64,000 bases of DNA from an uncultured delta proteobacterium (lineage in GTDB: Bacteria > Desulfobacterota > Desulfomonilia > UBA1062), in assembly GCA_963798485.1 (NCBI GenBank), contig CAWCTR010000016.1:14974-78973 (forward strand), in the 5' to 3' direction. Positions 29,743 through 38,690 of the stretch are shown one piece after another (positions within the stretch are counted from its first letter, which is position 1; every line of letters starts with the position of its first letter). Made by a program: the position numbers and the translations under genes. The notes below the pieces were generated by a model. It did no database searches. It saw only the letters and a program-made list of their open reading frames with translations, and had not been told where the DNA came from.

Positions 29743-30792
29743 ATGAGCCTATTTGACAAGCTCTTCGGGCGAAACAAGGCATCCAAGGAGATCTCTGCCT
29801 GCGAAGGTGCCCTGGAGAAACGCCCGAACGACACCATGATCCTCAAGAAGCTTGGTGACCTCTATCTCAAGGCCAACAACCACAAGAGCGCCTCCGAGGT
29901 CTATGTACGCTTAGGAGAAATCTATAGTGAGAAAGGTTTCTACCCCAAGGCCATAGCGCTGTACAAGCAGGCGATCAAGATCAACTTATCCTGGGAAGGG
30001 CCTTATGAGAAGCTTGCCGAACTCTACCGGGTTCAGGGGTTCTCCCGGGAGGCCGCCACCCAGTATGTCAAGCTGGCAGAGATGCTCGAAAAGGACGGTA
30101 GTAGCGTAGAGGCCACCATGTACATGCAGAAGGCAGCAGAGCTGGACCCGGCCATCAACCAGATGAGCAAGAAGGTCCACACCTTCAAGGTCAAGGAAAA
30201 GGCCATGACAGAGGCCATTCCCAAGACCGCGCATAAGCCTGAGTTTGAGCGAACCGAGTTCTATGATCTTACCAAAGAACTCGATAAACAGCTGGAAAAG
30301 GAACTCTCTGAGTTCTCCATTGATGAAACCTTTGAAGACAACGAGGATACTACAGGCGTAGAATCCGTATTCAAGGCCATCGAAGAAAATGCCTTAAAAG
30401 AAGGTAAGGATGACCCGTTGTTCCAATACAATATGGGACTTGCCTATAGGGAAACAGGACTTCTGGATGAGGCCGTCGAGTCTTTCAAAAAGGTTATCGG
30501 TACGGGTGAGAAACTCTATGATGCCTGTGTTATGCTTGGGTTAACCTACAGGGAAAAGGGCCTCTTCCATGAGTCCCTTGACATACTCCGGAAGGCGGTA
30601 TCGCTGGAAGAGGCATCCACTGACATGAAGGTGGGGATTCTCTACGAAATAGCCCAGACATACAAGTCCTTGGGTGATAATCAAGCTGCCTTGTCCATCT
30701 TCAGGGAGATTCAGAAAGAGCATAGGGATTTCAAAGATGTTGAGCTTGAAATAATCCGCCTGGCGGGTGGAGGACAATATGGCAGTCATTAA
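29743..30792 (+). CDS. Cytoplasmic TPR protein (N- and C-terminal TPR arrays, acidic linker)
   Basis: Repeated LGxxY...A...Y..A TPR pattern; overlaps the mglA start. Confidence 0.85.
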   Translation: MSLFDKLFGRNKASKEISACEGALEKRPNDTMILKKLGDLYLKANNHKSASEVYVRLGEIYSEKGFYPKAIALYKQAIKINLSWEGPYEKLAELYRVQGFSREAATQYVKLAEMLEKDGSSVEATMYMQKAAELDPAINQMSKKVHTFKVKEKAMTEAIPKTAHKPEFERTEFYDLTKELDKQLEKELSEFSIDETFEDNEDTTGVESVFKAIEENALKEGKDDPLFQYNMGLAYRETGLLDEAVESFKKVIGTGEKLYDACVMLGLTYREKGLFHESLDILRKAVSLEEASTDMKVGILYEIAQTYKSLGDNQAALSIFREIQKEHRDFKDVELEIIRLAGGGQYGSH

Positions 30793-31798
30793 TTATTCCA
30801 AGAAGGAGATCTCGGCGAAAATCGTCTATTACGGACCTTCCCTGTGCGGGAAAACAACAAACATACAGTCCATCTATGCCAGCCTCAAACCCGATCAGAA
30901 GGGCAAGCTCGTCTCTCTGGCAACAGAGGCTGACCGGACATTGTTCTTTGATTTCCTGCCTATTGAAATCGCGAATATCCGTGGCTTCAAGACCAGGCTC
31001 CACTTCTACACAGTCCCGGGCCAGGTATATTACAACTCCACACGAAGGGCCGTTCTCACCGGAGTGGACGGTCTCGTATTCGTAGCAGATTCCCAGCGGG
31101 ATAAGATGGAAGAGAACATCGAGAGCCTGAACAATTTGGAAGAGAACCTGAATTACTATGGGAAGAGCATCAAGACCATCCCAATAGTCATCCAGTATAA
31201 CAAGAGAGACCTCTCCGATGTCACATCAGTGGCTGAGATGGAGCAGATGATCAACCCCTATGGGAATCCGTCCTTCGAGTCCGTGGCCACCACCGGGGAA
31301 GGTGTGCTGGATACACTCACCAAGATCACCAAGATGGTGCTCCAGCATATTGAGATGGGGACAAGCGGCAAGCAACCCAGAAGCCAAGGCGCCATGGCAG
31401 AAAAACCCCCTGTTTCTCCCGGCCTCTCTCAAACTGGTTTGTCCTCTCAAGGTGCGCCACAGCAAGGCTTATCCGAATCCGGCATACCCCGGACCGGCAT
31501 ATCACCTCAGAGCGGCCTGTCTCAACCGACACCATCACCAAGGGAACAAGAGCCACCACCCGAGAGCCATATGGAACCTGCCTTGGATTTGCCCAGATAT
31601 AATGAACCTGAACCCAGCGTAACCGGGGCCGTGCCAAAGTCCTCAGTAGGCAGGATTCAGATAGTAGGCACGGATAATGCAGAAATTATATCGGCAAATG
31701 CCATAAGTGTACCGATCAGGGTGAAAATTGAGGGCGATATGAAGGTATACAGAATAGACCTGGCTATCAAGCTTGATGGCTTCAAACCAGAGGATTAA
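30779..31798 (+). CDS. mglA: MglA-family small Ras-like GTPase with C-terminal extension
   Basis: MAVINY..KIVYYGPSLCGKTTN, DRTLFFDFLP, YTVPGQVYY, DGLVFVADSQ, QYNKRDL. Confidence 0.9.
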   Translation: MAVINYSKKEISAKIVYYGPSLCGKTTNIQSIYASLKPDQKGKLVSLATEADRTLFFDFLPIEIANIRGFKTRLHFYTVPGQVYYNSTRRAVLTGVDGLVFVADSQRDKMEENIESLNNLEENLNYYGKSIKTIPIVIQYNKRDLSDVTSVAEMEQMINPYGNPSFESVATTGEGVLDTLTKITKMVLQHIEMGTSGKQPRSQGAMAEKPPVSPGLSQTGLSSQGAPQQGLSESGIPRTGISPQSGLSQPTPSPREQEPPPESHMEPALDLPRYNEPEPSVTGAVPKSSVGRIQIVGTDNAEIISANAISVPIRVKIEGDMKVYRIDLAIKLDGFKPED

Positions 31799-33299
31799 AG
31801 GTGTGCAAGCAGCTCCGGTGTTTACAGGGATCCTGCCCATAATCACCCTTAACGGCGTTCCCTTATCCTGGCCGGTCATCAGCACAATCCTTGGAAATAG
31901 TTACTTTTTCGTTATTACAGCGACGCTTTTGACCCTTTTCCTGGTGGGGTTGTGCCTGATTTACAAATATACACCACAGATGCTCAATGACCTCAGGGCT
32001 TTTACCAATAATGACCTGGCGGACAGAGGTCTTATTGTGTGGATGATTTTTATACTGCTGATACCCCTGTTCTTCGATGTAGGCCCCATGATGCTCTTGC
32101 TCTGGTGGATCTTACTCTTGTGGGGATATCTGATCCCTGCTGAAAAACGGATAGCATTCTTCTTCGTATTCCTCATCCTCATGTCCAGTTGGATCGCCCA
32201 TATAGGGGCGGGCTTTATCACGTATACCGAAAATCAGATCAACAGACAGATCTATGCGACTGAACATAGACAGGCCAATGAAACGGATACCAGTGCAATT
32301 GCATCATGGATCTCCACTCACCCGGATGACGCTGAGCCTATGAACACCATGGCCCTTATCGAGATCAATAGATCGAATTATCCGGAAGCGATCAGGCTCC
32401 TCAATAGGAGCATCGACCTGGACCCTGACAATCCAAGGTTTTACAACCATTTAGGGCTGGCATTAATCGGCTCCGAAAAAAGCAAAGAGGCATTCAAGGC
32501 ATTCCAGAACTCCATCGTGCTCATGCCGGACAACGTAGTCTACCACTACAACCTGTCCAGGCTTTATCAGTCGACCTATAACTTCTACGAAGGGGAAAAG
32601 GCCATTGCCACGGCGAGCGGTATTGATGCCGATAGGGTACGACATCTCCTGGATGAAGAAAACGCTGTAGGAAGGACCAGGTACATACAGGAATACTCAC
32701 CGCTGCGGTTACAGCTTGCTCGGCAAATGAAACCTTCCGAGGAGTTGAGATCCGTTGCTGATGCCCTCTGGACCTTCGCCTTTGGCATGATCCCAAGGAA
32801 GGCGTCGATCTTCCTTGCATTCGGATGCCTCCTTGTCTTTCTCATGATGGGCTATGTCCCTGATGACAAGTTTACCAAGCGTTGCAGCCGTTGCGGGAAG
32901 CTGTACTATTCCGGCGCAAGAACAACATCCGGAAACCCCATGTGCCTCCAGTGCCACTGGATCGATGTAAAGACAAAGAAACAGCAGGGCAGCATACTCC
33001 ACCATAAGACGGAAGAGATCAGGAAATATAAGACATACAGCTACCAGAAGCTGTTAAGGCTCGAGCTTATTTTGCCGGGCCTCGGCTCCTTCCTGACCAA
33101 CCGAACAAGCACCGCATTGATCCGTATGAGTGTATTAAGCGCTTCGCTTGTGGCCATTATAACCGGAGGGCAATTTATTATCTCCTTCACCCCGGTCGCA
33201 ATAGAATATACAGGGATTATCCGGATCATCGGCGCCATATCCCTTGGTCTGCTCTTGATAAGGGCTTATAAGGCCCCTCCCATCAGGTACGGGGTGTAA
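31776..33299 (+). CDS. Polytopic membrane protein with TPR domain and CxxC-x16-CxxC motif
   Basis: Several hydrophobic helices, central TPRs, KRCSRCG...MCLQCH, C-terminal LILPGLG TM block. Confidence 0.8.
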   Translation: MASNQRIKGVQAAPVFTGILPIITLNGVPLSWPVISTILGNSYFFVITATLLTLFLVGLCLIYKYTPQMLNDLRAFTNNDLADRGLIVWMIFILLIPLFFDVGPMMLLLWWILLLWGYLIPAEKRIAFFFVFLILMSSWIAHIGAGFITYTENQINRQIYATEHRQANETDTSAIASWISTHPDDAEPMNTMALIEINRSNYPEAIRLLNRSIDLDPDNPRFYNHLGLALIGSEKSKEAFKAFQNSIVLMPDNVVYHYNLSRLYQSTYNFYEGEKAIATASGIDADRVRHLLDEENAVGRTRYIQEYSPLRLQLARQMKPSEELRSVADALWTFAFGMIPRKASIFLAFGCLLVFLMMGYVPDDKFTKRCSRCGKLYYSGARTTSGNPMCLQCHWIDVKTKKQQGSILHHKTEEIRKYKTYSYQKLLRLELILPGLGSFLTNRTSTALIRMSVLSASLVAIITGGQFIISFTPVAIEYTGIIRIIGAISLGLLLIRAYKAPPIRYGV

Positions 33300-33300
33300 G

Positions 33301-34266
33301 ATGGCACTACTCGGGACACTCAAAGGATTCGGCGTCACAGAGATTTTCCAGCTCATCTCCCAGCAGATGAAGACAGGTGCGCTGATCCTCTCCTCACCCA
33401 AGGCCAATGTCACCATTACCTTTGAGAACGGTGTCATCGTGGGCATAACCTCTGATCAATGGGAGAGAGACCCCCGCGCCGACGTTCTCCTCAAGGCGGG
33501 CTACGTCAATGAAAAAGAGCTTAAGGCAGCCTTTGAAAACGAGAAGAAGAACTCAGAGCGCTGGCATGATATTTTAATCTCTAAAGGTCAGCTGAAGAAG
33601 CTCTTCCTGGATAGGGCGACCAATGTAGTCATAAAGCAGACCCTGCTTGAGGTGTTCCAGTGGAGGGAGGGAGGTTATAAATTCGATGACTGGAATACCG
33701 AACTAACGAGCATGCTCTCCTGCCACATACCCACAGAGGGCGCCATCCTCGACACATTACGCATCATCGACGAATGGCCCACCATCAAGCAAAAGATACC
33801 TCCGGTGGATTATTGTCCTGTAACCATCATCCCCATCACCGAGGAGATCGTGGGCCATCACGAACTGAGCGATGTGGACCTGCATATCTATGACTTGATC
33901 GACGAGAAGAGGACGGTCGAGCGTATAGTAAAGGAATCGCTCGAACCCCCGTTTGAGGCATTAAGCTCTCTGGTCAGGCTTATCGACATCGGCCTCGTGG
34001 AGGTATTTCCAGAGGGCGCCAAGGACATACGTGATGTCTCCATTGCCCGGAGTCTCTTCTTGAGCCAGGTCAAACAGGCGGCGCTCTATGTTGTGCTCGT
34101 CCTTTGCATCTTTATTCTGCTCATCATAGGTCACCCCAGGGTCACAAAGGGACTTATCCCCAAAGAGATCAAGACGTACCTTAATGACCAGACGACATTA
34201 CGTGAGCAATTCAGCTCGAAGCAGAGAGCGCCTTTAGAGACAGATATAGATAATCATGCCCATTGA
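33301..34266 (+). CDS. DUF4388 (PATAN-like) domain protein with C-terminal TM
   Basis: MALLGTLKGFGVTEIFQLI..KTGAL..ITFENG; W.EG.Y.F; R.IDEW. Confidence 0.85.
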   Translation: MALLGTLKGFGVTEIFQLISQQMKTGALILSSPKANVTITFENGVIVGITSDQWERDPRADVLLKAGYVNEKELKAAFENEKKNSERWHDILISKGQLKKLFLDRATNVVIKQTLLEVFQWREGGYKFDDWNTELTSMLSCHIPTEGAILDTLRIIDEWPTIKQKIPPVDYCPVTIIPITEEIVGHHELSDVDLHIYDLIDEKRTVERIVKESLEPPFEALSSLVRLIDIGLVEVFPEGAKDIRDVSIARSLFLSQVKQAALYVVLVLCIFILLIIGHPRVTKGLIPKEIKTYLNDQTTLREQFSSKQRAPLETDIDNHAH

Positions 34267-35893
34267 GGCGTATCTTTACCGGCGAAAAGGCTACATCAAG
34301 GCATCTTCCTTTTTCACAGAATTCAGAGTCAACAGCACACCGCAGCGTATGAAAGACCCTGTTGGAATGCCTCAGCATCAGCTTTGTCTGGCCGTCCTCA
34401 AAAATCTTGCGCCCCACGATCTCCATGGATGGAATCAGAAACACCGGCTCAGGATTGCCTTCGCCGAAAGGGGAGAGCAGTTCAAGCTCATCTAAAAAAA
34501 CCGGTGTGAGATCGAAGGGGGAGAGCTTGAGATCAACCGTAAATGTCATCTGCTCTTCGTGTTTCTGAAGGAAAATGGCCTCATTAAGGGCCTGAGAGAA
34601 CAAGGTGATCCGTTCTTCAGAGATACTCAACCCAACGGCCATCTTGTGTCCACCGAAACTGCTGAGCAGCCCATTCGTGGTACCCAGGCAACGATGCAGA
34701 TCAATACCCACCAGTGACCTGCCTGAACCGATGCCGACTCCATCCATGAATGACACGACAATGGCGGGCCTGGAGTAGATATTCACCAGCCGTGAGGCTA
34801 CAATTCCAAGGACACCGATGTGCCAGTCGTTTCCCCATACAACGGTTACATTTTCCAAAGGGGGCTGATCTTTTAATTGCTCAAGCGCCATCGCCAGGAC
34901 CTTCTGCTCATGGATCTGCCTTTTCCTGTTCAGACCGTCAAGTTCCTGAGCCAGGACATGGGCCCTTGTCTCATCATTTGTGGTAAGCAGATCAAAGGCC
35001 TTTCTGGCATCCGATATCCTGCCGGCGGCATTTATCCGCGGACCAAGAATGAACCCCAAATCGCGCGAGATGACCTCTTTCTTGATGCCTGCAACCTTTA
35101 CAAGTGCCTGGATGCCGACCCTAAGCGTAGAGTTCATGACGTTCAGCCCCTCTTTAACCAGGATGCGATTTACCCCGGAAAGACTGACCGAATCGGCAAC
35201 AGTTGCCATAGCAACGATATCGAGCTCGTCTTTGAGGTTCGGCAGATCATCTCTGCCTCGTTCTCTGAGCAAGGCGCGTAATGCTACAATCAGGTGAAAG
35301 ACCACCCCTGCACCGCAGAGGTCTTCCCCGAAGAAAAGGCAGTCGGGCTGTTTGGGATTAATCAGGGAGTATGCCTGCGGGACCTCGGAATCAATCTCGT
35401 GGTGGTCTGTGATGATGACATCCATGCCCAGTGAGTTCGCATAGCTCACCTCTTCAACAGCCGTTATCCCGCAATCGGCGGTAATGAGCAGGCTCACCGC
35501 CTTAGCATGCAGCTCTTCAATTCCGCGCCTGTTCAGGCCATATCCATCAAAGATCCTGTCAGGGATGAAGATTACAGGCGGCTCACAGCCGATGAACACA
35601 AGAAACCGATGGATGAGCACTGCGCTGCATACACCATCTACATCGTAATCCGTAAAGACGCCGATGGTCTCTCTTTTATCTATGGCCTGGGCAATCCGCT
35701 CGCAGGCCTTATGGATCCCTAACATACCCCTGGGGTCTCTGAGCTGGCCGAGATTAGGCGTAAGATAATCCAGGACTTTGGCAGGGTCCGCCATGCCCCG
35801 ACTACGCACAAGCGACCGGAAGGCAGGGGTAAACTTCAGAGAGGGCAACGCATTGTCATCAACCTGCCCTTGGAACACCCATTCGGGTGACAT
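34211..35893 (-). CDS. recJ: ssDNA-specific exonuclease RecJ
   Basis: DYDVDG, DGYG, TADCG, TDHH, PRINAAGR, GSGRS, GGH, PFGEGNP. Confidence 0.95.
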   Translation of the reverse strand: MSPEWVFQGQVDDNALPSLKFTPAFRSLVRSRGMADPAKVLDYLTPNLGQLRDPRGMLGIHKACERIAQAIDKRETIGVFTDYDVDGVCSAVLIHRFLVFIGCEPPVIFIPDRIFDGYGLNRRGIEELHAKAVSLLITADCGITAVEEVSYANSLGMDVIITDHHEIDSEVPQAYSLINPKQPDCLFFGEDLCGAGVVFHLIVALRALLRERGRDDLPNLKDELDIVAMATVADSVSLSGVNRILVKEGLNVMNSTLRVGIQALVKVAGIKKEVISRDLGFILGPRINAAGRISDARKAFDLLTTNDETRAHVLAQELDGLNRKRQIHEQKVLAMALEQLKDQPPLENVTVVWGNDWHIGVLGIVASRLVNIYSRPAIVVSFMDGVGIGSGRSLVGIDLHRCLGTTNGLLSSFGGHKMAVGLSISEERITLFSQALNEAIFLQKHEEQMTFTVDLKLSPFDLTPVFLDELELLSPFGEGNPEPVFLIPSMEIVGRKIFEDGQTKLMLRHSNRVFHTLRCAVDSEFCEKGRCLDVAFSPVKIRLNGHDYLYLSLKALSASS

Positions 35894-35947
35894 ACATACC
35901 ATGCCTCTCTCTCTAAACCTGTGATGTTGGTAAGTCAAGGAGGGCCG

Positions 35948-36694
35948 CTATCGGTTGGTTATTAAGCGTTGAAGGGCCTCCCTCGTAGAAGCCATATCAG
36001 GGGGCTTCACCTCCATGGTGATGGTTGAATCGTACCCGCTACGCAAGAGTGATGAGATGATAGCCTTATAATCCACGATCCCCTTCCCCAAGGCCAGGTG
36101 GAGATCGTCCTTCACACTTGTGCCCCCATGGTTGTCATGGACATGTACATGCGCGATTCTCTCAAAACAGCTTTCTATGAAACCGAAGGAGGTGTTCTTC
36201 TTTGCAAGAAGCTGGGCATGGCCGATATCCAGGGTCATCCTGAGATCGTCAATGGCATCGAATGCACCCTTGAAACTCTCGGCGCGCTCACTCAGGTTTT
36301 CAATACAGATAACAATGCCTGACTTGGAGGCATATCCGACAATCTCTTTGAGCAGTTCGAGCTTCGTTGCAATCAGCCCTTCAGGTGCCCATCTCTTGTC
36401 GATCCAGAAATGCAAGGTGGCCTTATGGATTGCAAGCTTTTTGGAGAGATCTATGAGTGCCTTGATCCGGGGTACGAACCGCTCTGATAGAATACCGGCA
36501 TCAAAGGGATTATCCTCGTTGGGATAATGGGCAAGATACGTGATGCCATAGTTTTCTTTCACCATAAGAAGCTCAGGCATCCAGTGCAAGACGGACTCAG
36601 GCTCGTCCAGCGACATCTCCACAAAGGGCAGGCCGAGCCTGCAAACCTCATGGATCTCCTCTAGGGTGTGTGCCCTGCCGCCGATAGTGACCAT
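35948..36694 (-). CDS. Sugar phosphate isomerase/epimerase family (xylose isomerase-like TIM barrel)
   Basis: IEN, TLDIGH, HVHVHDN, DLHLALG.G, TMEV. Confidence 0.85.
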   Translation of the reverse strand: MVTIGGRAHTLEEIHEVCRLGLPFVEMSLDEPESVLHWMPELLMVKENYGITYLAHYPNEDNPFDAGILSERFVPRIKALIDLSKKLAIHKATLHFWIDKRWAPEGLIATKLELLKEIVGYASKSGIVICIENLSERAESFKGAFDAIDDLRMTLDIGHAQLLAKKNTSFGFIESCFERIAHVHVHDNHGGTSVKDDLHLALGKGIVDYKAIISSLLRSGYDSTITMEVKPPDMASTREALQRLITNR

Positions 36695-36711
36695 GTATCC
36701 TCCTCAAATGA

Positions 36712-38016
36712 TTATGGTCTTGTCTCGTCCATCCCTGTGAGCTTTTTTACCGTGAGTTCCATACCTGATAGGGACACAACCTTTACAAGGTCACCCACCT
36801 TCAAGGTTGAAGGGCCTTTGGCATTCCAGTACTCGCCGTGGCAGAAGACCTTGCCCGTGCCGTCTTCATTCCAGGCATACACCTGGGCAATCTCGCCTTT
36901 CAAGGCCTCTGCGCCAAGCTTGGGTGTGGTCTGCTGGGCCTTGACCACGAGGTATATAGTGGCGGCAAAAAATGCGGCAAAGAACAGGGTGACCGGCAAA
37001 ATAAGGGCATAGGAAACCTGGGCATAGAGTTCAGGGGTCCTGAAGAGCAAAAGTGAGCCAAGCGTCATGGAGATGATGCCACCCACGGTGAGCAGGCCAT
37101 AGCTCGGCACCTTGATCTCGGCAATGAACATGATTACGGCCAGGAGGATAAGTCCGACCCCGGCATAATTCACCGGCAGGGTCTGGAAGGCAAAAAAGGC
37201 AAGGATCAGAGAGATCCCCCCGATGACACCCGGCAGGATAGCACCGGGGCTTGAGAGCTCGAAGTATATGCCTGCGAGGCCGATGAGCATGAGTATATAG
37301 GCGATATTCGGATTGGAGAGTGTGGAAAGCAGCCGGTACCTGAAACCCATGGGATTGTCCACAAGATTGGCCTGCTTTGTATTGAGCACAAAGGTTACAA
37401 GGTTCTTCTTGATCTTTCTTCCATGGAGCTGGTTCAGGAGGTCGGTCATATCCTGGGCCACAATATCAATGACCCCCTTGGTCAACGCCTCCTGGGCAGG
37501 CGTGGAAATGCTCTTCCGCACGATATCCTCCGCCCACTGTTCACTCCTTTTCCGCTCCCGGGCGATACTCTGGGCATAGGCGACAGCGTCATTGGTCACC
37601 TTGTTCACCATGGTGCTGTCTTTGCCCTCGTCGCCGCCACCGATGCCTACAGGGTGTGCAGCACCGATGTTGGTGCCCGGGGACATGGCGGCTATATCAG
37701 AGGCAAGGGTGATAAGCGCCCCGGCGGATGCGGCCCGTGCACCCTTTGGGGAGACATAGACGATGACCGGGATAGAGGCGTTCATCTCCTTCTGGATGAT
37801 ATCACGCATGGCTGTGTCCAGACCTCCCGGGGTGTCCAGCCGGATGATGACGGCGGCCTTGTTGGTGGCCAGGGCGTTATCGATGTTCTCCATGATATAG
37901 GAGGCGATGGGCGGGCTGATGGCGTCCTTGACCTCGATGACAAGGATATCGGATGCACTGAGACGACCCGGCGCACAGAGCAGCATAAAAACCAAGACCC
38001 AGAGTATGCTACCCAC
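36712..38016 (-). CDS. nfeD: NfeD family membrane-bound ClpP-class serine protease; start uncertain
   Basis: LDTPGG, RAASAG, TNIGAAHP, TM block, C-terminal OB fold (GEYW.A). Confidence 0.9.
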   Translation of the reverse strand: MGSILWVLVFMLLCAPGRLSASDILVIEVKDAISPPIASYIMENIDNALATNKAAVIIRLDTPGGLDTAMRDIIQKEMNASIPVIVYVSPKGARAASAGALITLASDIAAMSPGTNIGAAHPVGIGGGDEGKDSTMVNKVTNDAVAYAQSIARERKRSEQWAEDIVRKSISTPAQEALTKGVIDIVAQDMTDLLNQLHGRKIKKNLVTFVLNTKQANLVDNPMGFRYRLLSTLSNPNIAYILMLIGLAGIYFELSSPGAILPGVIGGISLILAFFAFQTLPVNYAGVGLILLAVIMFIAEIKVPSYGLLTVGGIISMTLGSLLLFRTPELYAQVSYALILPVTLFFAAFFAATIYLVVKAQQTTPKLGAEALKGEIAQVYAWNEDGTGKVFCHGEYWNAKGPSTLKVGDLVKVVSLSGMELTVKKLTGMDETRP

Positions 38017-38018
38017 GT

Positions 38019-38690
38019 TTACCTGATACCGAGCACTTCCATGACCTTCTTGATATCTTCCCATACATCCCTCTTTTTCGATGGGTTCTGCAACAGATAA
38101 CTCGGATGATAGGTCGGCATTGTCAGGATTCCTTGGTACTCCTTGAATGTCCCTCTCAGCTTACTTATGGGAGTGGTTTCATCAAGGAGGGTATGGGTTG
38201 CTATCCTGCCCAAGGCTACAATGATCTGCGGATGAACGGCCCTGATCTGCGCATGGAGAAATCCTATACATGCGGCCACTTCATCGGGTAGCGGGTCTCT
38301 GTTGGCAGGGGGCCGGCACTTAAGGATATTGGCTATGAAGACGTCCGGCCTCTTCAAACCCATTCCCTTTTCGATGATGTTTGTCAGGAGGTTGCCTGCT
38401 GGGCCCACGAATGGCCTCCCTGTCTCGTCCTCCACTGCACCGGGGGCCTCGCCGATGAACATGACCCGTGCATCGGGATTACCCTCTCCGAATACAGCAT
38501 TATTTCTGGTATGGCATAAGCCACAGGAGGTACAGTCACTGACCATCTTCCGGATGCGTTCCAGCTCATGCCCTGCCCCAAGATGGGCATGAGGGACCGA
38601 AGGCTTGGAGACCGCCGGCTCCGGTAGTATGAGAAAAGGACCTGTCCACCTTGCCTCATCACGCAGGAGCTGGATAATCTGTTCCCTCAC
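38019..38690 (-). CDS. Uracil-DNA glycosylase family 4
   Basis: CTSC.L, GEAPG, GRPFVG, KCRPP.NR.P, TYHPSY. Confidence 0.93.
   Translation of the reverse strand: MREQIIQLLRDEARWTGPFLILPEPAVSKPSVPHAHLGAGHELERIRKMVSDCTSCGLCHTRNNAVFGEGNPDARVMFIGEAPGAVEDETGRPFVGPAGNLLTNIIEKGMGLKRPDVFIANILKCRPPANRDPLPDEVAACIGFLHAQIRAVHPQIIVALGRIATHTLLDETTPISKLRGTFKEYQGILTMPTYHPSYLLQNPSKKRDVWEDIKKVMEVLGIR

Noticed and set aside
32943-32957. CLQCH as a c-type heme-binding CxxCH motif
   Set aside because: It pairs with an upstream CSRC 16 residues away in a basic, probably cytoplasmic loop, which fits a Cys4 zinc site better
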